From: an uncultured Verrucomicrobiae bacterium | GTDB taxonomy: Bacteria; Chlamydiota; Chlamydiia; Chlamydiales; Rhabdochlamydiaceae | NCBI GenBank assembly: GCA_963806855.1 | Contig: CAWDYW010000001.1 | Coordinates: 384,001 to 448,000 of the forward strand | Direction of reading: 5' to 3' | DNA: 64,000 nt | In this document: one piece after another, positions 18,439 through 28,166 of the stretch | How positions within the stretch are numbered: the stretch's first letter is position 1 | Layout of the letters: each line of letters begins with the position of its first letter | The notes under the pieces: generated by a model | What the model saw: the letters and a program-made list of their open reading frames with translations, nothing else | Databases searched by the model: none | Told to the model about the DNA's origin: nothing | Position numbers and translations under genes: made by a program

Positions 18439-18933
18439 GTGATGTTATTGCCGGGGATCAAACTCTTTCAACTAAAGTCTTTTTCGGATGAGAGAGGCTT
18501 TTTTGCTGAAGTTTTTAGGAAAGAGGGGATGGAATTTGTCCAAGATAATCTCTCTTTTTCAAAGAAGGGGGTCATCCGAGGGATGCATTTCCAATCGACG
18601 CCCGGCCAAGCAAAATTGGTGACGGTGATCACGGGCAAAATTTACGATGTCTTTGTCGATATCCGTCCAGAATCTGAGAATTTTGGGAAGTGGGGGGCCG
18701 TAGAGCTGGATCAAAGCAACCAATTGCTCGTTCCGGTCGGTTTTGCCCATGGGTTTGCTGTGCTTAGCGAATCGGCCCATGTGCTCTATAAAGTGAGCAA
18801 TTTCTATAACCCAGAGACAGAAAAATCTTTTCGCTATGATGATCCAAGGATAGGGATCAAATGGCCAATTGAAAAACCGATTCTCTCCGAAAGAGATCGG
18901 AATGCACCAGGTTTTAAGGAGGCATGTGGATGA
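18439..18933 (+). CDS. rfbC: dTDP-4-dehydrorhamnose 3,5-epimerase
   Basis: DERGFF, FVQDN, RGMHFQ, VPVGFAHGF, LSERD. Confidence 0.95.
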   Translation: MMLLPGIKLFQLKSFSDERGFFAEVFRKEGMEFVQDNLSFSKKGVIRGMHFQSTPGQAKLVTVITGKIYDVFVDIRPESENFGKWGAVELDQSNQLLVPVGFAHGFAVLSESAHVLYKVSNFYNPETEKSFRYDDPRIGIKWPIEKPILSERDRNAPGFKEACG

Positions 18934-19771
18934 AGATTTGGATTTTGGGTGCCGGCGGGCAATTAGGGCAGGCCATAGCAGAGGTTTGCGGAAGTGAGAA
19001 AATTCCATATGTTGCGTCGACGCATAGCGAGGCCGATATTACGAATTTGGAGCAGTTAAAGTGGATGGCGGAGCAGATTTTGCCGACCCATCTGATCAAC
19101 TGCGCTGCCTATCCAGATGTCGATGGGGCAGAAAAGAATGTCGAGCATGCCTATACAGTCAATGCTCTGGGCACTGAGAATGTGGGGATCATCGGCCGCG
19201 AATTGGGAATCAAGGTGGTCCATGTCTCGACCGACTATGTGTTTGACGGGGAGAATGACCGCCCTTATCTGGAAACCGATCGACCAAACCCGATTGGCGT
19301 CTATGGGAAAAGTAAGTTGGAGGGGGAATTGCGTCTGCTAGAGCAGCTGGGGACCGCCTGCATCGTCCGGACTTCCTGGATCTTTGGCCAAAGAGGAAAA
19401 AATTTTCTTTCATCGATTCTTACAAGGCTGCAAAGGGACGAGCATATCCAGGCCGACACAGATCAGATCAACCGGGCAACCTATAACTGCGATTTGGCCC
19501 AGGCGCTGATCGACCTCTCTTGCCAAAGCGGGATCTTCCATTTTGCCAATGGGCAGCCGGCGAGTCGCTACCAAATTGTCAAAGATTTTTATACTGCGGC
19601 GACAGAGCGAAATCTCACGGTCAAATGCCAAAAAATTTCTCCTATTTCCGCCGCTTGTCCGATTCGGCGAAATATTCAGCGCTTGATACAAAAAAGGTCT
19701 CGCTCACCCTTGGAAGAAAACCTCGAGTATGGGAAACTGTACTCGGAGAATATATCGATGCCCATTTTTAA
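18930..19771 (+). pseudogene. rfbD: dTDP-4-dehydrorhamnose reductase, frameshifted near 19668; as read it fuses to rfbB
   Basis: GAGGQLG, STDYVFDG, YGKSK in the main frame; the canonical tail KYSALDTKK...PRVW..L.EY lies in another frame ending at 19771. Confidence 0.85.
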
Positions 19772-20738
19772 GCGGATTTTGGTGACTGGAGGCGCGGGCT
19801 TCATCGGCTCGGCGTTCATTAACTTTCTTTTTAAAAATGCCCCAATTGAAAGGGTGGTCAATCTCGATTTGCTCACCTTTGTTGCCAATTTAAAAAATTT
19901 AAGCAGCGTTGAAAAAGATCCTCGCTACCGCTTTGTCCATGGAAACATCCTCAATTCTACAATGGTAAAAGGCTTGATCAAAAACGAGGGGATTGAGGCG
20001 ATTGTCCACTTTGCGGCTGAAAGTCATGTCGATCGAAGTATTGAAGATCCGCTCCCATTTTATCGGACGAATGTCGAGGGGACGATTGCCCTTTTGGAAG
20101 TGGTCCGGGAGTTCCCCCACGTCCGCTTCCATCATGTTTCGACCGATGAGGTTTTTGGATCGATCGAGAAGGGCGAATTTACCGAAGAGTCCCCCTATCG
20201 CCCCAACTCCCCTTATGCGGCATCGAAGGCGGCCTCGGATCATTTTGTCCGGGCCTATGCGATGACCTACGATCTTTTAGTGACCCTTTCCCACTCCAGC
20301 AACAACTACGGCCCTAGCCAATTTCGGGAAAAATTCATTCCGCGGATGATCTATGGGATGCTTCGCAAAGAGCCGCTCCCTGTCTATGGCAATGGGGTCA
20401 ATGTGCGCGACTGGATTCACGTAGATGACCATGTGGAGGCCATTTGGCAGATTTTGCAAAATGGGAAGATCGGCGAGGCTTATAATGTTGGCTCGCGGCA
20501 TGAAATGCGCAATATCGATTTGCTTAACCAGTTGATCGACTGTTTCGCCAAAGCTGAAAGAGAAGCGTCGGAGAAATATCGCAGCCTCATCACCTATGTC
20601 AAAGACCGTCCGGGCCATGATTTCCGCTATGCGCTCAATGCAGAAAAGATCGAGCGGGAATTGGGATGGAAACCGACGCGGTTGTTTGATCAAGGTTTAG
20701 AAACTACAATGGAGTGGTATCGTCATGTTTGGAAATAA
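19758..20738 (+). CDS. rfbB: dTDP-glucose 4,6-dehydratase
   Basis: ATG 19758; VTGGAGFIG, AAESHVDRS, STDEV, YAASK, DRPGHDFRY. Confidence 0.95.
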   Translation: MPIFKRILVTGGAGFIGSAFINFLFKNAPIERVVNLDLLTFVANLKNLSSVEKDPRYRFVHGNILNSTMVKGLIKNEGIEAIVHFAAESHVDRSIEDPLPFYRTNVEGTIALLEVVREFPHVRFHHVSTDEVFGSIEKGEFTEESPYRPNSPYAASKAASDHFVRAYAMTYDLLVTLSHSSNNYGPSQFREKFIPRMIYGMLRKEPLPVYGNGVNVRDWIHVDDHVEAIWQILQNGKIGEAYNVGSRHEMRNIDLLNQLIDCFAKAEREASEKYRSLITYVKDRPGHDFRYALNAEKIERELGWKPTRLFDQGLETTMEWYRHVWK

Positions 20739-21438
20739 ATCAGTCGTCTGTGTCATCCCCGCCCGTCTTGGATCGACCCGCTTCCCGAGAAAAATGCTCG
20801 CCTTGCTCAAGGGCAAGCCCCTTGTCCAATGGGCCTATGAGGGAGCGCTCCGCTGCCCGTGGTTTGACGAGGTGGTGGTCGCGGTCGATAGCGAAGAAAT
20901 TCGGGAAACCGTAGAGGGCTTTGGCGGCAGAGCGATCATGACCTCGGTCGACTGCCAAAATGGAACCGAGCGGCTGATCGAATTGCAGCGGCGGGGGATT
21001 TTGAAGGGCGACGTCTGGGTCAATTGGCAGGGGGATGAGCCGTTTATTCAGACGAAGATGATCGGGACTCTGCTGCAGACCTGTGATGAAGGGGAAGTTT
21101 GGACCCTCAAAATTGCGATTGACGACCCCCAAAACCCCAATGTCGTGAAGGTGGTCTGTGATGCCCAAGGTCGGGCCCTCTATTTTTCTCGTTCAGTCAT
21201 TCCGCATGGGGGTAAAAAATTCTTTAAGCATGTGGGGATCTACGCCTATTCGGATCGGGCGCTTCAAAAAATTTCTACCCTTTCACCCTGCGCCCTTGAA
21301 ATGGAAGAGAGGCTCGAGCAGCTCCGCTTCCTCTATAACGGCCTCTCAATTCAGGTCCATGAAACCGATGAGGAAGTGATTGGAATCGATACTTTCGAGC
21401 AATTGATGGTGGCTGAGCAACTAGAGGTTATGTTTTGA
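20725..21438 (+). CDS. kdsB: CMP-Kdo synthetase
   Basis: IPARLGSTRFPRKML, GTER, QGDEP, YFSRS, KHVGIYAY, LEQLR. Confidence 0.95.
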   Translation: MFGNKSVVCVIPARLGSTRFPRKMLALLKGKPLVQWAYEGALRCPWFDEVVVAVDSEEIRETVEGFGGRAIMTSVDCQNGTERLIELQRRGILKGDVWVNWQGDEPFIQTKMIGTLLQTCDEGEVWTLKIAIDDPQNPNVVKVVCDAQGRALYFSRSVIPHGGKKFFKHVGIYAYSDRALQKISTLSPCALEMEERLEQLRFLYNGLSIQVHETDEEVIGIDTFEQLMVAEQLEVMF

Positions 21439-21465
21439 TCTCTCATACATTAAAAGGCGGGTAAA

Positions 21466-23370
21466 ATGTTAGGCCCTATTAGATCTGGTTTCAGTGATTC
21501 GGTAGCTTCTATTTTATATCGTCATCAGGCTCCCATTGCTGTCATTGCGATTATTGTCCCCGCAGCAATCTATGTAATTCAACATCTGGATGATATTTTA
21601 GAACGGGCTATAGCGAGTAATCGTCCTATGCTGGTCAGGATGGCTCTTGCTGGTGGAGGAAAGCTATCTAAGGAGAAATGTGAAGGTTTAATAAGAGAAG
21701 CATTTGAAAAGAAAGATCTAGATAGAATTCGGCTTCTTTGCGCTCTGCCTGATTCGAAAGATATAATTCGAATAATGGGTGATGGGCGTTTTGGATTTAT
21801 AACGTTAATGCAAAAATGGGTGAATAATCATTTTAATATTAATGTTATTATTAAGCATCCTGGAAATGCATGGGGATTAGTTAAAGCAACGCTATTTTCG
21901 CTCACCTTTGAATGGGGTTGTAAAGAGGTCGGGGATTATTTTATTGACCATGGTTTGGATCCTAATCACAGAGATCTGGATAATTTCACACCTCTTCATA
22001 TTGCAGCTAAATTTGGATGTCTTAACTCGGTAAAAAAGTTACTCGATAAAGGAGGCAATATCAATGCAAGAGGCAATTTTGGAGAAACGCCTCTTTGCAG
22101 TGCTTTAAAAGCTCGTAAAAACGAAGTGGCAGAATACTTGATTGATGCGGGTGCAGAAGTCCAGAGTATGAAATCTTCTGGAACGGTATGGGAAAATTTT
22201 GGTGAGGATTTTGGAGGATATCAGCCGCTACTCGAAGCGCAGGGTATTGAGATTGTGGACGTTTTCGGCTATTCATCTCCGATCCATTGTGCCATGAAAG
22301 AAGAGCAAGATGCAAATGGATCTGTTTCAATACGAGTGATTGAAAAATTGTTGGAAAAAGGGGCGGCCGTCAATGAGCAGGACGAGTTTCGCACTCCTAT
22401 TGATTATGCTTTGTGCGGCGGTAGTGGATATAATCTGAGAAACATTCAATTTCTTGTTGAAAGAGGTGGAGTGTGCGCTGGATGGAGTACTCTCTTAGTT
22501 GACTCTATGTATTGGGATAGTCAGGTCGCAACAATAAGTTGGGTCAGAAAACTACTTGAATTAGGCGCTGATATCAATACCAGTACACGTAGTGGTATAG
22601 CTCTGCATGCGGCTCTCAAGTGCGGCAAAATTGAAATCGGAGAATTTCTTTTAAGAAATGGTGCTAAGGTCATGGCAAGAGATAGAGATGGTAATATCCC
22701 ATTTCATCATGATTTAACATTCGCCGCTTCCTGGTTAAATGCTTTGCCAGACACCAGTTTGTTCTCGTTCATTCAAAACCGAAACATGGGTGGCAAAGTT
22801 CATCCAAAAATGGTGCTCCGCGAAAAATTATATGAAAGAGATGATCATGGAAAAACTCTTCTACATTGGGCTGCTGAAAAAGGACATATTCCTATTCTGA
22901 AGATTCTTTTGAGAAAGGGAGGGGATCACACCCTTGCGGATGACTCTGGTATGACATGTAAAGATTATCTGCCCGCTTTAGAGATAAAAAAAATATTCGC
23001 AGGTCCTCTTTGTGACAAAATAATCGTAAAATTGGATATCACAAAACTAAATGTAGAGGAGCTAGTCGATATAGAGCTAAGGAATTTTTCCGATGAGCAA
23101 CTTTTTCAACTCGATTTTTCTAAATTTGATGTAGGTACAATAGATAGATTATTGCTTACTATTATTGACGAGCGGATTCGCGCTCTTAATCCTGAAATGA
23201 TAGGAACTAATATATCGCGAATTAATCCCGCCGTTTACACTTTCCTTTCCAATGAACAATGTAGAATGATCGATATACAAGATGTAATCAGAACTAATCG
23301 CAGGTCTTCATTTTCACCAGAGCAGTTAAAGCTAATGAAGAATTCTTCAAGGTTTCCAATGATTGAATAG
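21466..23370 (+). CDS. Ankyrin-repeat protein with N-terminal TM segment, candidate effector
   Basis: TPLHIAA, GETPLCSA, SPIHCA, ALHAA and GKTLLHWAA repeats; AT-rich. Confidence 0.88.
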   Translation: MLGPIRSGFSDSVASILYRHQAPIAVIAIIVPAAIYVIQHLDDILERAIASNRPMLVRMALAGGGKLSKEKCEGLIREAFEKKDLDRIRLLCALPDSKDIIRIMGDGRFGFITLMQKWVNNHFNINVIIKHPGNAWGLVKATLFSLTFEWGCKEVGDYFIDHGLDPNHRDLDNFTPLHIAAKFGCLNSVKKLLDKGGNINARGNFGETPLCSALKARKNEVAEYLIDAGAEVQSMKSSGTVWENFGEDFGGYQPLLEAQGIEIVDVFGYSSPIHCAMKEEQDANGSVSIRVIEKLLEKGAAVNEQDEFRTPIDYALCGGSGYNLRNIQFLVERGGVCAGWSTLLVDSMYWDSQVATISWVRKLLELGADINTSTRSGIALHAALKCGKIEIGEFLLRNGAKVMARDRDGNIPFHHDLTFAASWLNALPDTSLFSFIQNRNMGGKVHPKMVLREKLYERDDHGKTLLHWAAEKGHIPILKILLRKGGDHTLADDSGMTCKDYLPALEIKKIFAGPLCDKIIVKLDITKLNVEELVDIELRNFSDEQLFQLDFSKFDVGTIDRLLLTIIDERIRALNPEMIGTNISRINPAVYTFLSNEQCRMIDIQDVIRTNRRSSFSPEQLKLMKNSSRFPMIE

Positions 23371-23430
23371 GACCGTGATAAATTGGCTGTCTATCTGTCC
23401 TCTAAATCAACTTAAATTTATAGTCCATGT

Positions 23431-23538
23431 TTCAAAAAACTTCTTACCCCTCCCCCTGGCCCCTTGAAATGGAAGAAAGGCTCGAGCAGAGCAATTGATG
23501 GTGGCTGAACAATTAGAGATTATGTTATGATCTCTCAT
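23431..23538 (+). repeat. Degenerate duplicate of the kdsB 3' end (21263-21446) with a ~76-bp internal deletion
   Basis: cccttgaaatggaaga(a/g)aggctcgagca and gagcaattgatggtggctga...ttatgtt(a/t)tgatctctcat occur at both sites. Confidence 0.92.
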
Positions 23539-23540
23539 CT

Positions 23541-24953
23541 ATGACAGACTATAAATATGGTTTTTCAACAGAGATTGAATCGGAAACTATCCCCAAAGGA
23601 TTGAATGAAGAAACAATACGACTGATCTCGAATAAGAAAAATGAACCAGAATTTCTTTTACAATTTCGTTTAAGGGCCTTTCAAAAATGGAAGGAGATGC
23701 AAGAGCCTCTCTGGGCCAATGTCAAGTTCGATCCGATCAATTATCAAGAAATTTGTTACTATTCGGCCCCCAAGAAAAAGCAATCGCTCGAAAATATCAG
23801 TGAAGTGGATCCGGAGCTGCTCAAGACCTTTGAGAGGCTGGGGATCCCCCTTGAGGAGCAAAAACGGCTGACTGATGTGGCAGTCGATGTGGTGTTCGAT
23901 TCGGTCTCACTCGGGACGACGTTTAAAAAGACGTTGGAAGAGGCGGGGGTCACTTTATGCTCGATTTCCGAGGCGGTTCAAAAATTCCCTTCTCTGATTG
24001 AAGAATATCTCGGAACTGTCGTTCCGATTGGCGACAACTACTTTTCTGCGCTCAACTCGGCTGTCTTTTCCGATGGGTCGTTTGTCTATATCCCCAAAGG
24101 GGTCCGCTGTCCCATCGAACTCTCCACCTATTTCCGGATCAACGACAAATCGACCGGTCAGTTCGAGAGGACGTTGATCATCGCCGAGGAGGGCTCCTAT
24201 GTGAGCTATCTCGAAGGATGCACGGCCCCTGCCTATGATAACAATCAGCTCCATGCTGCAGTGGTCGAATTGATCGCTTTGGAGCGGGCCGAGATCAAGT
24301 ATTCGACAGTGCAAAATTGGTATGCGGGCGATCCCAAGAGTGGCAAGGGGGGAATTTTCAACTTTGTCACCAAGCGTGGCCGCTGCGCTGGCTACCGCTC
24401 GAAGATCTCCTGGACGCAAGTAGAAGCGGGCGCGGCGATTACATGGAAATACCCGAGCTGCATTTTGCAAGGGGATGAATCGGTCGGCGAATTTTACTCT
24501 GTCGCTCTGACAAATGGAAAAATGCAGGCCGATACCGGAACGAAGATGATCCATTTGGGGAAAAATACCCGCTCGACGATCATTTCGAAGGGGATTTCTG
24601 CCGATGAATCGCACAATACTTACCGCGGGCTGGTCAAAATCGCGCCGAGAGCAAAAAGTGCACGCAACTACACCCAATGCGATTCGATGCTAGTGGGCAA
24701 CCAATGCTCGGCCAATACATTTCCCTACATTGAAGTGTCCAACTCGAGCAGCGAAGTGGAGCACGAGGCCTCGACATCGAAGATGAACGAAGAGCAGCTG
24801 TTCTATTTGCAGGCGCGTGGCATTAGCCGTGAAGATGCGATCAACTTGATTGTCAATGGATTTTGCAAAGAGGTTATCCAAGAGCTTCCTCTGGAATTTG
24901 CCGCTGAGGCGCAAAAGCTTTTAACCCTCAAACTTGAAAATTCAGTGGGATAA
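23541..24953 (+). CDS. sufB: Fe-S cluster assembly scaffold
   Basis: [38 protein letters not shown]. Confidence 0.98.
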   Translation: MTDYKYGFSTEIESETIPKGLNEETIRLISNKKNEPEFLLQFRLRAFQKWKEMQEPLWANVKFDPINYQEICYYSAPKKKQSLENISEVDPELLKTFERLGIPLEEQKRLTDVAVDVVFDSVSLGTTFKKTLEEAGVTLCSISEAVQKFPSLIEEYLGTVVPIGDNYFSALNSAVFSDGSFVYIPKGVRCPIELSTYFRINDKSTGQFERTLIIAEEGSYVSYLEGCTAPAYDNNQLHAAVVELIALERAEIKYSTVQNWYAGDPKSGKGGIFNFVTKRGRCAGYRSKISWTQVEAGAAITWKYPSCILQGDESVGEFYSVALTNGKMQADTGTKMIHLGKNTRSTIISKGISADESHNTYRGLVKIAPRAKSARNYTQCDSMLVGNQCSANTFPYIEVSNSSSEVEHEASTSKMNEEQLFYLQARGISREDAINLIVNGFCKEVIQELPLEFAAEAQKLLTLKLENSVG

Positions 24954-24958
24954 TTTTA

Positions 24959-25705
24959 ATGCTAAAAATAAAAAATCTACATGTTTCAGTCGATGGGACG
25001 GTCATTCTTAAGGGAGTTGACCTTGAAATTCTGAGTGGACAGATCCATGCGATCATGGGGCCCAATGGCGCTGGGAAGTCGACCCTTTCCAAAGCGCTCG
25101 CCGGCGATCCAGCCTATGAGGTCCTCTCAGGTGAAGTACTGCTCGATGGGGTGAACATCCTCGAACTCGATCCTGAGGAGCGGGCCCACCTCGGCCTCTT
25201 TATCGGCTTTCAGTATCCTGTTGAAATTCCCGGTATCACCAATCTTCAATTTTTGCTCGCCGCCTACAATGCCAAGAGGAAAGCCAATGGTGAGGCGCCG
25301 ATCTTCGAAGAGGTGTTTAGAGAATTGCTTCTGCAAAAATTAGAGCTACTTGAGATGAAACCTGAATTCCTCGAGCGGAACCTCAATGAGGGATTCTCGG
25401 GCGGCGAGAAGAAAAGAAATGAGATTCTGCAGATGGCAGTGCTCGATCCGGGCATGGCGATCCTCGATGAGACCGATTCTGGGCTCGATATCGACGCGAT
25501 GCGAGTTGTTGCCTGCGGAGTCAAACGGCTCTTCACCCCTGAGAAAGGACTCTTGCTGATCACTCACTACCAGAGATTGCTCGACTATATTCGTCCTCAC
25601 TTTGTCCATGTGATGATCGACGGACAGATCATCAAGAGTGGAGGCCCAGAGCTTGCCCATGAGCTCGAAACCAAAGGATACGATTGGCTGCAGGTGAAAG
25701 CGTGA
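24959..25705 (+). CDS. sufC: Fe-S cluster assembly ATPase
   Basis: GPNGAGKST, FQYPVEIPG, GFSGGEKKRNE, LDETDSGLD. Confidence 0.97.
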   Translation: MLKIKNLHVSVDGTVILKGVDLEILSGQIHAIMGPNGAGKSTLSKALAGDPAYEVLSGEVLLDGVNILELDPEERAHLGLFIGFQYPVEIPGITNLQFLLAAYNAKRKANGEAPIFEEVFRELLLQKLELLEMKPEFLERNLNEGFSGGEKKRNEILQMAVLDPGMAILDETDSGLDIDAMRVVACGVKRLFTPEKGLLLITHYQRLLDYIRPHFVHVMIDGQIIKSGGPELAHELETKGYDWLQVKA

Positions 25706-26979
25706 AAGAACAATTTGCTCTCCATCTAGAGAATCACTTTAAAGAGGTTTGTGAGACGCTTAGCCCATTGCAAAAGACGATCAGGCAGCGTGTGTGGGAC
25801 CGTTTTCTCGAGATTGGCCTAGCAGAGAAGAAAACTATAGGGTATCAGTATTTCCCTCTCACGCATTTCTATCAAGAGACCTATGAGGTGGGGCAATTTA
25901 CCGATATTCCTCCTGGGCAGATTGCAGCCCTTATCCACCCCGAATGCCGCCGCAGCCATGTAGTCTTTGTCAATGGCCACTACTCTCCTGAGCTCTCCGA
26001 CATTAGCGCGCTACCTTCAGAGATGGTCATATTGCCTATCAATGATGCCTTAAATACCTATGGAAATTTCTTGCAAAGCCGCCTGGCCAAGATCTTGGTC
26101 GAAGAAACCGATCCTTTTGCCCTCCTCAATATCGCCCTCTCCCAGAAGGGCCTTTTCATCTACGTCCCTCCAAAACTTCAAGTCGACGTGCCGATTCAAT
26201 GCCTCTATTTCCTCTCCAGCGACAGGCCCACCCTCATCAATCCCCGAATCCGCATTATTTTAGGACGTGAAGCGAAGGTCAAATGGATTTATGATCACCA
26301 TTGCTTGAAGGATTTTGATTATTTCACCAATGGAGTCACCGATATCGCTTTAGACGAGGGGGCCAGCTTTGAGCAGTACGGCATCCTCAGCTCCTGCCCT
26401 CCTGGATGGTGCTTCGAAGCGACCCGCGTCACCCAAAAAAGAGATAGTCAGTTCAAAAGCATCACCTGCACTACCGGCACCAAGGCGATCCGGCAAGATT
26501 TCCGCATTGCCCTGATGGGAGAAAATAGCTCCTGCGATCTCAAAGGGGTATCCTATCTCTCAGAGAACAGGCAATCGCATGTCAATATCCTCGTCGAGCA
26601 TCAAGCGCCCCACTGCCGCTCTAACCAGCATTTCAAAAACATCCTCGGTGGCACGAGCCGCTCAAGCTTCGAAGGGAAAATCTACGTCCACCCCCAAGCG
26701 CAAAAAACCGAGGCCTATCAGCTCAACAACAACCTCCTCCTCAGCGACACCGCGATTTCCAACAGCAAACCCAATCTCGAGATATTTGCAGACGACGTGA
26801 AAGCCTCCCATGGCGCAACCGTCACGCAGACGAACCCTGAGCACCTCCATTACCTCAAAACGCGCGGGATCGGGACCGCAGAGGCCAAGCAGCTGCTCGT
26901 CGCCAGTTTTGGCCGCGAGATCCTCTCCCAAATCCCTCTCAACTCCGCCCGCGAGCGGATGGAAGCTCTGTCATGCTGA
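25702..26979 (+). CDS. sufD: Fe-S cluster assembly protein
   Basis: VFVNG, NNLLLS, PNLEIFADDVKASHGAT; GTG start overlaps the sufC stop. Confidence 0.93.
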   Translation: MKEQFALHLENHFKEVCETLSPLQKTIRQRVWDRFLEIGLAEKKTIGYQYFPLTHFYQETYEVGQFTDIPPGQIAALIHPECRRSHVVFVNGHYSPELSDISALPSEMVILPINDALNTYGNFLQSRLAKILVEETDPFALLNIALSQKGLFIYVPPKLQVDVPIQCLYFLSSDRPTLINPRIRIILGREAKVKWIYDHHCLKDFDYFTNGVTDIALDEGASFEQYGILSSCPPGWCFEATRVTQKRDSQFKSITCTTGTKAIRQDFRIALMGENSSCDLKGVSYLSENRQSHVNILVEHQAPHCRSNQHFKNILGGTSRSSFEGKIYVHPQAQKTEAYQLNNNLLLSDTAISNSKPNLEIFADDVKASHGATVTQTNPEHLHYLKTRGIGTAEAKQLLVASFGREILSQIPLNSARERMEALSC

Positions 26980-28160
26980 ATGTGCGAGACGATTTTCCCA
27001 TTTTTAAAGATGAACACCTCATCTACCTAGATTCTGCAGCGACGACCCACAAACCGCAGTCCGTACTTGATGCCATGACTAACTTTTATGCTCACGAGTA
27101 CGCCACCGTGCATCGAAGCGTTTACAAATTGGCGGCGAGCGCGACTGAAAAATACAATGGCGTCCGCGAGAAAGTAGCCCATTTTCTAAATGCGAAAAGC
27201 CCAAATGAAATCGTCTTTACCCGAGGCACCACCGATAGCATCAACCTAGTCGCTAGCGCTTACCCCTTCCGAAAAGGGGACGAAATCATCATCTCCGAAA
27301 TGGAGCACCACTCCAACATCGTCCCCTGGCAACTACTCTGCGAGCGGTCCGGCACTATCTTAAAAATCATCCCCGTGAGCGACAAAGCCGAGCTCGACCT
27401 CGCCGCCTACGCGCGCCTGCTCAGCCCCAAAACCAAACTCGTCGCCATCGCCCATGTCGCCAATAGCACAGGGACCATCAATCCGATCGAGACCATCATC
27501 AAAATGGCCCATGCCCACGGCGCCAAAGTGTTCATCGATGCCGCCCAGAGCGCCGCCCACATTCCACTCGATGTCCAAAGACTCGATGTCGACTTCCTCG
27601 CCTTCTCAGGCCATAAAGCCTTCGGCCCGACAGGCATCGGCGTCCTCTTCGGGAAATACGAACTCCTCGAACAAATGGGCCCCGTGCAAGGCGGCGGCGA
27701 CATGATCGAGACCGTAACCTTAGAGAAAACCACCTACGCCAAACCACCGCTCCGCTTTGAAGCGGGCACCCCCATGATCGCCCAAGTTATCGGCCTCGGC
27801 GCCGCGATCGATTACATCCAAAAACTCGGTCTAGAGAACATTGCCAAGTGGGAACACGAACTTCTGACGTATACAACGGCAAAATTAGAAGAGATCCCCG
27901 GCCTGCGCATCATCGGCACCGCAGACAACAAAGTGGGCATCATCAGCTTCGTCATCGAAGGGGTACACCACCTGGATTTGACCGTATTTCTCGACCTTGA
28001 GGGGATCGCTATCCGCTCGGGCCACCACTGCGCCCAGCCCCTGATGAAACGCTTCGGGGTCCCTGGTACCTGCCGCATCTCCTTTGCTCCCTTCAATACA
28101 TTGGAAGAGATCGATATATTGATCGAGAGTCTAAATAAGACTTTAAGAGTTATTTTATAA
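26973..28160 (+). CDS. sufS: Cysteine desulfurase
   Basis: YLDSAAT, EHHSN, FSGHK, FEAGT, RSGHHCA. Confidence 0.97.
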   Translation: MLNVRDDFPIFKDEHLIYLDSAATTHKPQSVLDAMTNFYAHEYATVHRSVYKLAASATEKYNGVREKVAHFLNAKSPNEIVFTRGTTDSINLVASAYPFRKGDEIIISEMEHHSNIVPWQLLCERSGTILKIIPVSDKAELDLAAYARLLSPKTKLVAIAHVANSTGTINPIETIIKMAHAHGAKVFIDAAQSAAHIPLDVQRLDVDFLAFSGHKAFGPTGIGVLFGKYELLEQMGPVQGGGDMIETVTLEKTTYAKPPLRFEAGTPMIAQVIGLGAAIDYIQKLGLENIAKWEHELLTYTTAKLEEIPGLRIIGTADNKVGIISFVIEGVHHLDLTVFLDLEGIAIRSGHHCAQPLMKRFGVPGTCRISFAPFNTLEEIDILIESLNKTLRVIL

Positions 28161-28166
28161 TAAATT

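Noticed and set aside
18924..20738. Evolved bifunctional RfbD-RfbB
   Set aside because: The intact RfbD C-terminus is present in the shifted frame, so this is a 1-nt event.
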